Below the pieces are notes generated by a model that ran no database searches, was not told the DNA's origin, and saw nothing but the letters and a program-made list of their open reading frames with translations. Both the position numbers and the translations under genes were made by a program. Positions 27,269 through 37,506 of a DNA stretch of 64,000 bases are shown here, piece by piece (within the stretch, counting starts at the first letter, position 1; every line of letters starts with the position of its first letter). The stretch covers positions 16,900 through 80,899 of the forward strand of contig CAWFAD010000008.1 of the NCBI GenBank assembly GCA_963813815.1. The letters are read 5' to 3'. Source of the DNA: an uncultured bacterium (GTDB taxonomy: Bacteria; Krumholzibacteriota; Krumholzibacteriia; Krumholzibacteriales; Krumholzibacteriaceae).

Positions 27269-28045
27269 CTATTCGCCAAAAAGAGTTTCCGGCCGCTGCT
27301 CCATCAATTCTCTCATTGCCGCCAAGAAACGCCCGGCATACGCACCGTCCAGCGGACGATGATCGAAGATCAGGGTGGCAGAAATGAATTGCCTGAAAAC
27401 ACACTGCCCCGCCGCATTCCGAACAGCCTTCTCCTGCAGGGCCCCCAGGCACAGCACGGCGATCATCGGCATCGACATTGCCGGAACACCGTTGGTGACG
27501 CCGAAGCTGCCGAGATTCGTGATGACAAAATTGCCATAACGCTTTTGAAGAAAATCTATCGATCGTGACGGGAACCTCATGGCGAGCTTCCGAATAAAGG
27601 CCGGGATGCGCATAAAGCGTTTCAGATAGAGATAGAATTCCCCTTCATCCCGCTGAATTCTTTCGACCTGCCCTCTGCTTTCCTTGACAATCTCATCCAG
27701 CCTTTTCTTGTCGGGGTTGTGCAGTACGACGTACTCCACATGGTTCTCGCTGTCGACCGGAATATTGAAGACCATCTCTTTGGCATCGACGATTTTCTTC
27801 CCATCGAACGAGGCGTAGAGAAACGGAAAATGCAGCAAGGTCTTCGCGGATGCTTTCATGAAAAGATGGGTAAGCGATATTCTGAGGGAAGCCTCACGTT
27901 TGGCATTTGCTTCGCTCCGAAGCGCCAGAAGCCTGTCCATCTCGATATCGATCGCCATCGAAACCGCCGGAACGCGTCGATTCTTGTCGAATTTCATAAT
28001 TTGAAATCTTCGAAAGAGCCGCTCTTTCTCTTCCCGTTGCACCAT
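27269..28045 (-). CDS. stand-alone 2-oxoacid dehydrogenase E2-type acyltransferase catalytic domain
   Basis: FVITNLGSFG and FDHRPLDG motifs; no lipoyl or E3-binding domain. Confidence 0.85.
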   Translation of the reverse strand: MVQREEKERLFRRFQIMKFDKNRRVPAVSMAIDIEMDRLLALRSEANAKREASLRISLTHLFMKASAKTLLHFPFLYASFDGKKIVDAKEMVFNIPVDSENHVEYVVLHNPDKKRLDEIVKESRGQVERIQRDEGEFYLYLKRFMRIPAFIRKLAMRFPSRSIDFLQKRYGNFVITNLGSFGVTNGVPAMSMPMIAVLCLGALQEKAVRNAAGQCVFRQFISATLIFDHRPLDGAYAGRFLAAMRELMEQRPETLFGE

Positions 28046-28143
28046 ACGTGTTTCTCTCTTTCGTGGAGCGATACTGATGAAAGTCAATCTTATGGGCAAT
28101 TCGATTCCGTGTCAAGGTGCCGGCGGGTTGTGCACGCGCCCCC

Positions 28144-29948
28144 CTATTTCCCTTCCTCCAACCGCTTCAGGGCGGCTTGGCCGTTCTTGTTCCCCGGATT
28201 GAGCTCGAGAGATTTTCGGTACCCTTCGATCGCGCGCTCCTTCTGCCCCACCTTCGCGAGGACCTCCCCGAGGCTGTCGTAGGCATTCCAGGAATTTGGA
28301 TAGAGCTCGACGGTCTTTTCGAACACGTAGACGGCGGCCGCGATCTCGTTCTCCTGAAGCAGCCGGTACCCGAGGTTGTTGAAGTCGGCTTCTTCGAACA
28401 CCGGGCCGTCTTTCCCGCGCCGCGCGAGGAGCTCCCGCAGCTTTGCATCGGCGGCCGGGATTCCTCCCTCGGCGAGGGACTTTCCGAGAGTGTCCGCGGC
28501 GGACCCGAGCCTTTGCTTGCGAACCGCCGTTTTCGCCCGTTCGATCTGCGGCTGCTCCCAGGGGAACATCGCCTCGACCTTTTCGCTTTCCTTCAGGATT
28601 TTCTCCGCTGCGGCGACGTCGCCGACGCCGAGATACGCCTGGGCCAGCATGGAGTAAGTGCTGGCGAATTGTGGGAAATCCTCGCGGCATGCGCGCAGAA
28701 GACCGATCGCTTCGGCGTACTGCTTGCTCCCCAAGTATTGAGTGGCCCGTTGCATTGCTTCGTCGACGCCGAAGAAGGACGCGTCGCCTCTCTTCGCGCG
28801 CGCTCCATTGAGACCGGCGACCGCCGCCTCGACGCCCTTCTCACCCGCGTCGCGCACGTACTCTTCCACAAGGGATGTCCTCAGGTTCAACAGGCTGGCG
28901 GATTCGTCCTGCGGGACGGGATTCCCTTTCTCCAGAAGCTGCAGCGCGAATTCCAGAACGCGGTCGGTCCCTGAGGCGATGTCGGCCGGCGTGTTCAGCA
29001 TGCGCAGATCGGGAGGCACGCCGACTCCTTCCCAGGAAACGCCGTTGTAATCGCTCATCACCTTGAAGGCCACCCACAGGGTCCAGCCATTCGGCATCCG
29101 ATCCGGGTATTGCGCCGAGAAGGCGCCCTCGGTGAGATCCCCCACGACGGTGACGTGGGGAAGCACGCGCATGGCCAGCACGAAGACATCGGCGCCGCTC
29201 GCGCTGAGGCGATGCGCGAGAAGGACGCTGGGCCGCGTGAACTGGACTGGACCGCCGGGCTCGACGTTGCGGTACTCCACCGGGGCCAGATCGTCGTGCT
29301 TGGGACCGTAGCGGGTCTGCGTTCGCATATAGTGTCGCTTGCGGTCGGCGAACCGATTCGCCACGAGCTCCGCCACGTTCCCCGTTCCACCCGGGTTGCC
29401 GCGCACGTCGACGATCATCCCCCGAGCGCCGGCGAGCTCCGCGATCGCCATGTCGATCGCCTGACTCGTCGGCCCGGGTCCCGCTTTGAAGTCGCCGAAA
29501 TGCATGTACCCGATCCCGTCCGAGAGCCAGCCGTAGGTGAAGCGACCCTTCAAGGTATCGGTGGCGCCGCCCTTCAAGTATTTCGACTTCACGAGATCCA
29601 GGGAGAAGTCGTCGGGCTCGCGGGCCTCCATCAATCCGCCGCAGTCGCGCCGCGTCCCGTCGGACAGGCAAACGTGCGCGTCGTTCAGGTTCCGCAGCAT
29701 GGAGAGCAGTATGCCCCACAGCTCCTCGTCGGTGGTCGCCGGGGTGACCTGCGGGCGGTATACCTTGTACAGGGCATCCCAGTCGACGTGCTTGACACCG
29801 AACTGGGCGTAGTTTCTATCGAGGCTCTTCCATACGTACTCGAAATTCAATACGGGATCGCGGGGATTTGCGCTCCCCTCGATTCTCGGCAACGGCGGCC
29901 GACGCCCAAAGGCAAGCGGCGGCAAAGACAATCCACATGACGTGCCAT
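28144..29948 (-). CDS. S41 peptidase (tricorn-C1 plus S41) with C-terminal TPRs; signal peptide out of frame
   Basis: LNDAHV, DVRGNPGG, SASGAD, EGVGVPPD and TPR (NAYDSLGE). RBS AAGGAG and signal MWIVFAAACLWASAAVA lie in shifted frames at 29885-29948. Confidence 0.85.
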
Positions 29949-30033
29949 GATCGATAGCTCCTTTCCGTATGCTCCCCAATCTTGTCAACACTCGAATGAT
30001 ACGAGAACGGAATGGAAGTTGTTGCCCGGAATA

Positions 30034-30071
30034 GCGAAGGTTCGAATTCCTCGCGAGCGTGTCCGCCATTT
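30034..30071 (+). repeat. att-like repeat copy D (candidate right border)
   Basis: GCGAAGGTTCGAATTCCTCGCGAGCGTGTCCGCCATTT. Confidence 0.75.
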
Positions 30072-30204
30072 CCTCTTGGCCGACGAATGCCCGCCGCCGG
30101 AAGCGTCCCGGAGATAACATTTTCGCTCTACCCCCGTACGGACGGTTTTGGTATCGTGACGTCGCACGGGACCGCACACGGGCTTGCGGGCAAGGAGGTC
30201 ATCG

Positions 30205-30618
30205 ATGAGGCGGATCGTCATTCTCGCCGCAGCGGCGCTGATCCTCTCCGCCGGCTGCACGAAGATAGACTATGTGGGCAAGGAGTTCCCGCCCACGGCC
30301 GACGTGGATATCTTTTTCGCGCTCGACGACGTCGACCGCGAGTACGAGGTGATGGGTCACCTGACAGCCACCGCCAACGATATAGTGAGCGCGGAGAAGA
30401 TGCAGGAGGAGATACTGAAAAAGGCCCGCGAGAAGGGCGCCGACGCTGTCGTCATCCTCGGGCTCAACCGATTCGAGACTCCCACGCCGGCGACCTGGTC
30501 CGAGACGACGGAAATAGAAGCGACCAAGGCAGGAACGAAGACCACAACGACGGGGACTTCGTCATCCGGCACGAGCGAGCAAAAGGAGATACGCGCGACC
30601 TTTCTCAAGTACCGCTGA
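30205..30618 (+). CDS. lipoprotein, unknown function
   Basis: Lipobox SAGC; KAREKGADAVVI motif; RBS AAGGAGG. Confidence 0.75.
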   Translation: MRRIVILAAAALILSAGCTKIDYVGKEFPPTADVDIFFALDDVDREYEVMGHLTATANDIVSAEKMQEEILKKAREKGADAVVILGLNRFETPTPATWSETTEIEATKAGTKTTTTGTSSSGTSEQKEIRATFLKYR

Positions 30619-30739
30619 TCGCTCGGAGCACGGAGACCGATTACGGGCCGTCGTAGGCGATGCCGCAGGGGATCGACGAGCGATTCGCTGCCGAAGCTCA
30701 GGTTGCGGTAGAAAAAGTAGGGCTCATCGTCGGCGGCCC

Positions 30740-32746
30740 TCATGGCTTTTGACAATCACGCAGCAGCACCGCGAGCTCCGGGTCGTCCGGGACCGAGGAG
30801 AGGCCGACCGTTAGCAGCCTCAGCGCGTCGTCCTTTCTCTTGTCCCGTATCAGCAGGCGGACCACCTCCGCGAGCGCTTTGCCGTTCGATCGATCGAGCT
30901 CGAGCGCGCGAGCGTAGAGGGGAAGCGCTTCGGCTACCCGGTTGGCGCGTAGCATAAGCTTCCCGAGCGCGAGCTGATACTTCGCCTCGTTTGGATTCTG
31001 GAGAATGAGCCGATTCAGAATGTCGAATGCGTCGTCGACCTCGCCGAGCTGATCGAGGGTGACCGCGAGATACCACCGGGCCGTTTCGGCGTTGGGATCG
31101 GCTGCCGCCGCCTCCCTGAAGCACGGAAGCGCCCCGGAGTAATTCCGCTGCTGAAAGCGAACGTATCCGAGCGAGTACATGAAAGTCGAAAAGAACGGCC
31201 GCTTCGATTTCCCGGCGCGCTCCTTCGCCTCGGCGAGCATGCTCTCCGCCTCCGCGTACCGCCCCTGCTTGGCGAGGGCCATGCCCGCGTAGCCGTATCC
31301 CTGCACGTGCAGTCTGTCCACGTTGGGCGGCGTTTGCCAAACGAGCAGGACGCCGCAGACGAGGACCGCGGCGGCGAGCGCGAAGCGCCTGATGTGTCCG
31401 GCCCTCCATTGCCGGTAGAGCCACTCGGCCGCGTGGCTTCCGAGCACAATGAGCGCCATGACGGCGGCAATGCGAAAGCGAGCGTTCGTGAAAAACACGA
31501 CGCTGATCGCCATATAGACGCACACGGTGCCCCACAGGGGGAAGTGAGCGCCCGGTCGGCGGAAGCACAGCAGCATGCCGAGAAGTCCAAGGGGGCCGAC
31601 GAGCCAGAACCCGATGGGCATGAAGCGAGTAACCGAGCCGTACCGCTCGGTGATGAATGCGATATCCTGATCATTCGGAATTTCGTCCCGGCCCCAAAAG
31701 AAAAGGAGCTTCCGCAGCATTCTGCCGAACGCCTCGCGGGGGTTTGCCTCGATATATCGAAACGTTTCGCGGACGTAGTAATCCGAAATCTCCGACGCCT
31801 TGAGGGAGCGGCCCTCGGCCCGCTCGGCCCTCTCGACCTGCGCCTCGTATCCGGCCACCAATTGGGTGGGATCGCCCGGAATAATCGCCGCCGTGCCGTC
31901 GGCGCGCGGATTGTTCCCGATGTAGAAATTCACTCCACCGTTCGCCGTGATCAGCACCGCATCGCGTCCCACCGCGTAGTTGCGGATGCTGACCGGAAGG
32001 ATGGACACCATGCATCCCGCGATGAAGCAGAGCGCATACAATCCGACGCTGCGCCATCGAGCGCGGTGCAGGAACGCGATCCATCCGAGGATCACTGGAG
32101 CAAAGATCAAAATATCCGGCCGCGTGACGGCCGACAGCCCGAGAAAGCCGCCGTTTACGAACCAGAGCGCGGCGCTCGGCCGGGATCGCGATCGGAGCAG
32201 CCCCCATACGAGGAGAAGCGTGAAGAAGATGATGAGAGTCGGGCTGAGCAGCTCCGCGTCGAAGTACGCGAGCGTCCCGTACAACGCGGCGGCGATTCCG
32301 GCAATGATGCCGGCCGTGCGGCCGAACGCGTTGCGGCCGATGACGAAGAGCAGGCCGCAGTTCGCCGCGCCGATTGCCGCCTGCGCAATCCGCGGGGCCC
32401 AAGGTCCCGTTCCGAAAAGCCGGTAGATCAAGCCCAGAAACATCGGATAGAGCGGCGGGCGGAAGTAGGGACCGGATACGAATGGCTCTCCCTTCGCCAA
32501 GGCCTCGCCCCATTGATGGTTATAGAGGGAATCCATCTCGGGACTCGCGAAATACGGGCTCCTGCGCAGCTGGTAGACGTAGACGAGCCTCAGCACGAAG
32601 GCGACGAACGCTATGGCGAGAATCCACTTGCCGTCCGGTCCCTGAATCGAGCGGAGGATTCTCGACGACGCGCTCGGCCGGGGCGGCGCAACGCGGCGCC
32701 CGGCTGTGTGCTTTGATGCCGTCTGCTTGGATACGCCTTCTCTCAT
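30740..32746 (-). CDS. GT-C (ArnT-like) glycosyltransferase with C-terminal TPRs
   Basis: DSLYN, RPPLYP, TRP, RNY, NFYIGNNP and ARFR motifs; TPRs. Confidence 0.85.
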   Translation of the reverse strand: MREGVSKQTASKHTAGRRVAPPRPSASSRILRSIQGPDGKWILAIAFVAFVLRLVYVYQLRRSPYFASPEMDSLYNHQWGEALAKGEPFVSGPYFRPPLYPMFLGLIYRLFGTGPWAPRIAQAAIGAANCGLLFVIGRNAFGRTAGIIAGIAAALYGTLAYFDAELLSPTLIIFFTLLLVWGLLRSRSRPSAALWFVNGGFLGLSAVTRPDILIFAPVILGWIAFLHRARWRSVGLYALCFIAGCMVSILPVSIRNYAVGRDAVLITANGGVNFYIGNNPRADGTAAIIPGDPTQLVAGYEAQVERAERAEGRSLKASEISDYYVRETFRYIEANPREAFGRMLRKLLFFWGRDEIPNDQDIAFITERYGSVTRFMPIGFWLVGPLGLLGMLLCFRRPGAHFPLWGTVCVYMAISVVFFTNARFRIAAVMALIVLGSHAAEWLYRQWRAGHIRRFALAAAVLVCGVLLVWQTPPNVDRLHVQGYGYAGMALAKQGRYAEAESMLAEAKERAGKSKRPFFSTFMYSLGYVRFQQRNYSGALPCFREAAAADPNAETARWYLAVTLDQLGEVDDAFDILNRLILQNPNEAKYQLALGKLMLRANRVAEALPLYARALELDRSNGKALAEVVRLLIRDKRKDDALRLLTVGLSSVPDDPELAVLLRDCQKP

Positions 32747-33082
32747 ACACCGGAGCTCCTGATGCGCGGCGAATCCCGCACGATCATCGAGGCGTCAGGG
32801 GTAAGCAGTATGCCCGCTCTGCTCGGCCGTGTCAAGGTGGGCACTGGTCGGGGTCGTGGGCGACTGCATCCAAAATCGCCGCCTCAATCGGGATTTCCGC
32901 TTGACCTTCCCCCACTACACTCCTCCACACAAAGGGTCAATTGCGGGACATCTCTCTAACCGCCGGTCGATGCCCGAGCCGCGAGGCGCTCCTCTAACCC
33001 GAACAAGCGGGGGTTGCACCCCGCCCGATTATGGATTAAACTGTTAGGTAATTGCTATCATTGAAAACTTCGGGAGGTTCCC

Positions 33083-34246
33083 ATGATTATCGCCAAACGC
33101 AAGCGGTTGGCGTTGATAACCGCGGCCGTATTCGTCGTCCTGATTGTGAGCGGCATCGTCGGGTTCCGCGTGGCCGTCAGGGCTCTGAAGGGTAAGGTCG
33201 TGGAGGCCCTGGGGCCGAACAGCGAGATCAGGGACATTCGGTTGGGCTGGTCCAGCGTGAACATCGAGGGGTTGAGGATCAAGGGACCGAGCTGGTGGCC
33301 TGATGCCGAAGTGTTGCAGGCGGAGCGCGTGGCCGTTGTCCCCAGCCTGCGCAGCCTTTTCTCCCGGCAATACCGGGTCCGCTCCATCACTATCGTCAAG
33401 CCCTATGTTTCGGCACTCCGAACCAAGGAAGGGAAATTGCTGATTCTCCCCGGTCTGCTGACAAAGGAGGCCGACGAAGGCCAAGCGGATACCCTCTCGC
33501 GCCCCGCCGCTGCCTACTCGACAGTATCCATCGGCCGTATCACTCTCAAGGATGGGATCGTGGAACTGTACGATGCCACGGTGACCCAGCCTCCGTTGAA
33601 GATCCGGCTCGAGCAGATCAAGGCCACCATGCGGAACATGGCCGTACCGGGGCTCAAAGGGAAGAGCCGTTTCGAACTCGCGGGCGTCGTAAAGGGCGCC
33701 CAGCGGGACGGGCAGATCAAAATGGCGGGGTGGGTCGAGGTGGGCACCAGGAACTCCTCGGTGAAGACGGAGCTCCGGTCCGTGGACCTCGTGGTGCTCC
33801 AGCCCTATCTCATCAAGGCCGGCGAGAAGGGCGTTCAGAAGGGCACCTTCGACCTCGATCTGCAATCGGACGTGAGCAATAACCAGCTGAAAGCTCCCGG
33901 GAAGGCCACGATCTCGGATATGGAGCTCGTCCAGGCCGAGGGCGGCTTCGACACGTTCATGGGTCTTCCCCGTCGGGCCGTGTTGGCCTTCCTGTTGCGC
34001 AATGAAAATAGGATCACGGTGGATTTTGTCCTGGAAGGGGACATCAATAGTCCCGAGTTCTCCCTCAACCAGACCTTCACCACGCGGTTGGCGTTCGCAA
34101 TGGCGAAGGTCCTTGGGCTCGACTTCAGCGGAATTGTGCAAGGCGTGGGTACGCTGGGACAAAAGGGCGGGGAAGCGGTGGGCCAGGCGGCGAAGAGCAC
34201 GGGGGGCTGGCTGCAACGGCTTTTCGGGGGCAAGAAGAAGCCTTAG
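33083..34246 (+). CDS. DUF748/AsmA-like membrane-anchored protein
   Basis: N-terminal TM helix, beta-rich repeats, LQPY and EGDINSPEFS motifs. Confidence 0.75.
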   Translation: MIIAKRKRLALITAAVFVVLIVSGIVGFRVAVRALKGKVVEALGPNSEIRDIRLGWSSVNIEGLRIKGPSWWPDAEVLQAERVAVVPSLRSLFSRQYRVRSITIVKPYVSALRTKEGKLLILPGLLTKEADEGQADTLSRPAAAYSTVSIGRITLKDGIVELYDATVTQPPLKIRLEQIKATMRNMAVPGLKGKSRFELAGVVKGAQRDGQIKMAGWVEVGTRNSSVKTELRSVDLVVLQPYLIKAGEKGVQKGTFDLDLQSDVSNNQLKAPGKATISDMELVQAEGGFDTFMGLPRRAVLAFLLRNENRITVDFVLEGDINSPEFSLNQTFTTRLAFAMAKVLGLDFSGIVQGVGTLGQKGGEAVGQAAKSTGGWLQRLFGGKKKP

Positions 34247-34262
34247 GCTATTGAGGCCTGCA

Positions 34263-34919
34263 ATGGCAAAGATTCTAATCCTGCTGATTGAAGACAACCG
34301 CTTTCTGCGGGAAGGCATCGCCGCCATGCTCAATAGTGAGAACGATATCGAAGTCGTCGCGCGAGCCGAAGACGGCGATGCGGTGCGTGAGCTGAAGAGC
34401 ATGAAAAAGCCCCCTGACATCATCCTCTTGGATCTTGGGCTGGAAAAGGAAAACAGCCTGAGACTGATGAACATGTTGCAGGAAGAAGCGCCGTCGGCGC
34501 GGATCATCGCCATGGATATATTCCCTGAGCAGATCGACATCGTCGAGTTCGTGAAATCCGGCGGCAGCGGCTTCATCCTCAAGAATGCCCCGTCGAAAGA
34601 TTACATTAAGACCATCAGGACCGTCGCGGCAGGTTCAAAGGTGCTTCCGCCGGCTTTGACCAATTCGCTTTTCACACAGATCATCGAATCCGCGCTCAAA
34701 ACAGGCAACGGCATCCCCAACAGCTCAATAGTTTTGACCAATCGTGAACGAGAGGTTATCGCCCTGATTTCCGAAGGCATGAGCAACAAAGAAATCGCCG
34801 AGCGGCTTCATGTCGCTACATATACCGTAAAGAGCCATATACACAATGTTCTGGAAAAGCTGTCGCTTCACACCCGGCTGCAAATAGCGGCCTTCGTCCG
34901 CAGGGAAGAATCCGAATGA
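34263..34919 (+). CDS. NarL/LuxR-family response regulator
   Basis: Receiver (IEDN, LLDLG, FILK) plus LTNREREV...SNKEIA...TVKSH. Confidence 0.93.
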   Translation: MAKILILLIEDNRFLREGIAAMLNSENDIEVVARAEDGDAVRELKSMKKPPDIILLDLGLEKENSLRLMNMLQEEAPSARIIAMDIFPEQIDIVEFVKSGGSGFILKNAPSKDYIKTIRTVAAGSKVLPPALTNSLFTQIIESALKTGNGIPNSSIVLTNREREVIALISEGMSNKEIAERLHVATYTVKSHIHNVLEKLSLHTRLQIAAFVRREESE

Positions 34920-34957
34920 CCGAATTCGGATCTTGATTTCCCATAAAGCGATACATT

Positions 34958-34982
34958 GGACTAGCTCCGGAGGACTAGCTCC
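34958..34982 (+). promoter_or_regulatory. direct repeat, possible regulator site
   Basis: GGACTAGCTCC-gga-GGACTAGCTCC in the intergenic region. Confidence 0.45.
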
Positions 34983-35137
34983 TTTTCCATCCCTTGGAGC
35001 GATTCACTCGCTGAGGGTTCCCGAGTACACTTCCTTCAAAGAACACTACACCGGACAATATTCCGAAAGGAGCGTTGATGCATTGCTGCGGAGCGGGTAA
35101 CCATTCAGCTCGGTTTCACGCCACGAAAGGGGCAGAT

Positions 35138-35572
35138 ATGTTCAAGCGAACGTCATTACTAGTTGTCGTCATGATGTGTGCCCTTGCTCATGCCGGACTG
35201 GCGGCAGAACAGGACAATGTTCAGAAATACTTCAACGACGCTGCGTGCAAAGTGAAGGCGGCGACCGATCCGTCGCAGAAGCGCGAGATTCTCGAAAACA
35301 AGATCGAGGATATGTCCAAGGCGTTGGGCATGGTTCGGAACTCGCGACTCGTTTCGCAAGCCGATCGCGCGGGCCTTGATCGTCTCGGCGCCTCCCTTCA
35401 GGAGAAACGGGACGAGCTCGCGGGTACGAACGGCTACGCGCGCGTTGCCGATGATCAACTCAACGCGTTCTCCGAATACGTCGTGCAGGACATGGAGCAG
35501 GCAGACAGGACGATAACCCTCAGCGTCGTCACGGCGCTCTTGATCATAATCATCATAATCCTTGTCGCCTGA
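35138..35572 (+). CDS. secreted helical protein with C-terminal hydrophobic anchor
   Basis: Signal peptide; ends TLSVVTALLIIIIIILVA. Confidence 0.7.
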   Translation: MFKRTSLLVVVMMCALAHAGLAAEQDNVQKYFNDAACKVKAATDPSQKREILENKIEDMSKALGMVRNSRLVSQADRAGLDRLGASLQEKRDELAGTNGYARVADDQLNAFSEYVVQDMEQADRTITLSVVTALLIIIIIILVA

Positions 35573-35606
35573 TCTCTCTCTTCCGCGAGGATTTCGTGTG
35601 TTTGGT

Positions 35607-36728
35607 ATGAATGGCTTGTCCAATGGATTTTCTGCGAGCGCCCCACAGGCACAATCGACGCCCGTGGCGCGTTTCGCCTGTGTGGCGCTCACTTTGTTTC
35701 TCTTTTCGTGCAGCTCCGTTCCTCCTGCCCGCCGCGCGGCTTCGCCGGCAGATTATGGCGGGCTCCCCCCGCGCTACTCGATCGTATGCATCATTCATGG
35801 CGATGGCAACTATCTCTATCATGATGCCCGTGGCGACGCGCTCAGCGCGGATGAGGTGACTCTCGCAAAAGCGATAACAGTCGCGGAACGCAACGCGCAG
35901 GCAGAGATGTTCATTTTTCATGAAAGACGCAGAAACAATCTCTTGCTGTTCTTTCCTCGTCGCGACGGAACGTTTTATTACTACCGGAACGGCTTCCTCC
36001 TCGCCGAGGAATCGTACTGGCGGGATCAGGGAGCATTGCGTTTCGATCCTGAAATGGAGCTTTATAACCGCTTCCGCGCGGAGGGCTCACCTGATCCGAT
36101 GAGATTATTCCTGTATTTCGGTCATGAAATCCCCGAGCTCGGCGGAGCCGGTTACGATGCGTCGTACAAGAGCCGAACGTTCAGCGTGGACGACCTCGCG
36201 GACGGATTGAAACGCGTCGCCCGCGATTCCACGAAGATCGATCTCGTCGTGCTTTCTGCATGTTTCAGCGGCACGCCGCGCACGCTGGCCGCGATTGCTC
36301 CCTACGCGCGATACGTCATCGCTTCTCCCGACAATCTTCACCTCTCATACTTCGATCTCCGCCCCTTGGAGCAATTGGATATCGGCCTGCGGGGGGAAGA
36401 CGTGTCCGAATTTGCCGATGCATTCGCTCGCCATGCGTTCGACAGGCTGACGGAGGATACACAGACAGCGGTCAGCGTTGTCGTATACGATGTGGATCGC
36501 GTTCGCGGATTCGTGCGCTCCGTGGACAGTGTCTACGATCATGCCATGGCCACATTGAAGGGGAAACCACCGGCATCCATCGAGCGCTGCGATTGCGCGG
36601 ATGATCCCGCATATATGATGCCGGGGCTCAATGAGGGAATAACTGTGCTCTATCGCGCGCCACGTTTTGGACGCTTGCAGCACAAACAAAGCCATTCGGG
36701 ATGGGAATGTTGGAGGCTTGTGAATTGA
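35607..36728 (+). CDS. lipoprotein with clan CD (clostripain/CHAT-like) peptidase motifs
   Basis: Lipobox LFSC; LYFGHE (His) and LVVLSAC (Cys), YVIASP. Confidence 0.6.
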   Translation: MNGLSNGFSASAPQAQSTPVARFACVALTLFLFSCSSVPPARRAASPADYGGLPPRYSIVCIIHGDGNYLYHDARGDALSADEVTLAKAITVAERNAQAEMFIFHERRRNNLLLFFPRRDGTFYYYRNGFLLAEESYWRDQGALRFDPEMELYNRFRAEGSPDPMRLFLYFGHEIPELGGAGYDASYKSRTFSVDDLADGLKRVARDSTKIDLVVLSACFSGTPRTLAAIAPYARYVIASPDNLHLSYFDLRPLEQLDIGLRGEDVSEFADAFARHAFDRLTEDTQTAVSVVVYDVDRVRGFVRSVDSVYDHAMATLKGKPPASIERCDCADDPAYMMPGLNEGITVLYRAPRFGRLQHKQSHSGWECWRLVN

Positions 36729-36742
36729 TCGAGCGCGGAAGT

Positions 36743-37462
36743 ATGCGGAACGTGAAACTGACAACACACTATTATGTCCTTTCCCTGAGCGAGCACACCA
36801 GCAGGCTCTACGAAGCATTCCGGGACACGCTTATTGATATTCAAAACAAGGAGTTCCCGATTGAATCATCGGAGGTTCCGCGCGGGCCCATCGATACGGC
36901 GCCCAACAACGGTGGATTGCCGAAATTCATCCGCACGACGGACCAGCACTTTGACCACTATTTCGGACAGGATCCGCTTCGATTGGTTGTGGTCGGCGAA
37001 AGCAAATACCTGTCCATCTTCGGGTCCGTGACATCGCATCAAGACGCGTTGATTGGCGTGGTTGAAGGCGACCATACTGCAACTTCTCCGCACGATTTGG
37101 GCAAAATCGTATGGCCAATCGTCAAGGAGGTTATAGCGGGCACACGTAAAAACGCGATGCACGACTTGGAAGCGGCAGAAAACTCGCGGAACGTCGTTTC
37201 CGGAATCGATGCGGTGGCACATTCGGCGGGCTCGGGGAAAGGCGACACCTTGTATGTCGAGGAAGATTATCATATAAAGGGCGGCATTCGCGAAACGGAT
37301 CATTCGCTTATTCGGCCAAAGGATTTAGATATACAAGAGGCAATCGATGACGCCGTGGATGCCATTATCGCAAAGGTGCTGGAAGAGGGTGGAAATGTAA
37401 TATTTCTGACAAGCGGTTCGCTGGCAAGGCTCCAGAGAATCGCTCTCGTTCTAGGTGGCTGA
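36743..37462 (+). CDS. baeRF3-like release-factor-family protein (possibly shortened)
   Basis: YYVLSLSEHTSRLYEA, LVVVG, TLYVEEDY and DDAVDAIIAKVLEEGGNV. Confidence 0.72.
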   Translation: MRNVKLTTHYYVLSLSEHTSRLYEAFRDTLIDIQNKEFPIESSEVPRGPIDTAPNNGGLPKFIRTTDQHFDHYFGQDPLRLVVVGESKYLSIFGSVTSHQDALIGVVEGDHTATSPHDLGKIVWPIVKEVIAGTRKNAMHDLEAAENSRNVVSGIDAVAHSAGSGKGDTLYVEEDYHIKGGIRETDHSLIRPKDLDIQEAIDDAVDAIIAKVLEEGGNVIFLTSGSLARLQRIALVLGG

Positions 37463-37506
37463 TTGCCCATTCGCAACGAGGATATCGATAGGGAGGTGAC
37501 GCAGAA

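Larger units (their letters stand above)
22557..30068. mobile_element. tmRNA-anchored accessory island or cassette array without integrase
   Basis: Starts at the tmRNA 3' end, is visibly more AT-rich than the flanks in its left part, contains four TCC(A/G)CCA-core repeats, and all cargo genes are on the minus strand. Confidence 0.65.

Noticed and set aside
22557-30068. Classical integron or prophage
   Set aside because: No intI, no attC-type RYYYAAC/GTTRRRY structure recognised, and no phage genes.
23921-30071. Repeats as a CRISPR array
   Set aside because: Spacing is 1-4 kb with whole genes in between, and there are no cas genes.
29949-30177. N-terminal extension of the S41 ORF across att copy D
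   Set aside because: The real RBS and signal peptide lie at 29885-29965 in shifted frames; the extension looks non-coding.
32901-32940. TTGACC...GGTCAA inverted repeat at the left edge of the second accessory region as an IS end or MITE
   Set aside because: Only 6-8 bp of pairing, with no partner end or transposase; insufficient support.
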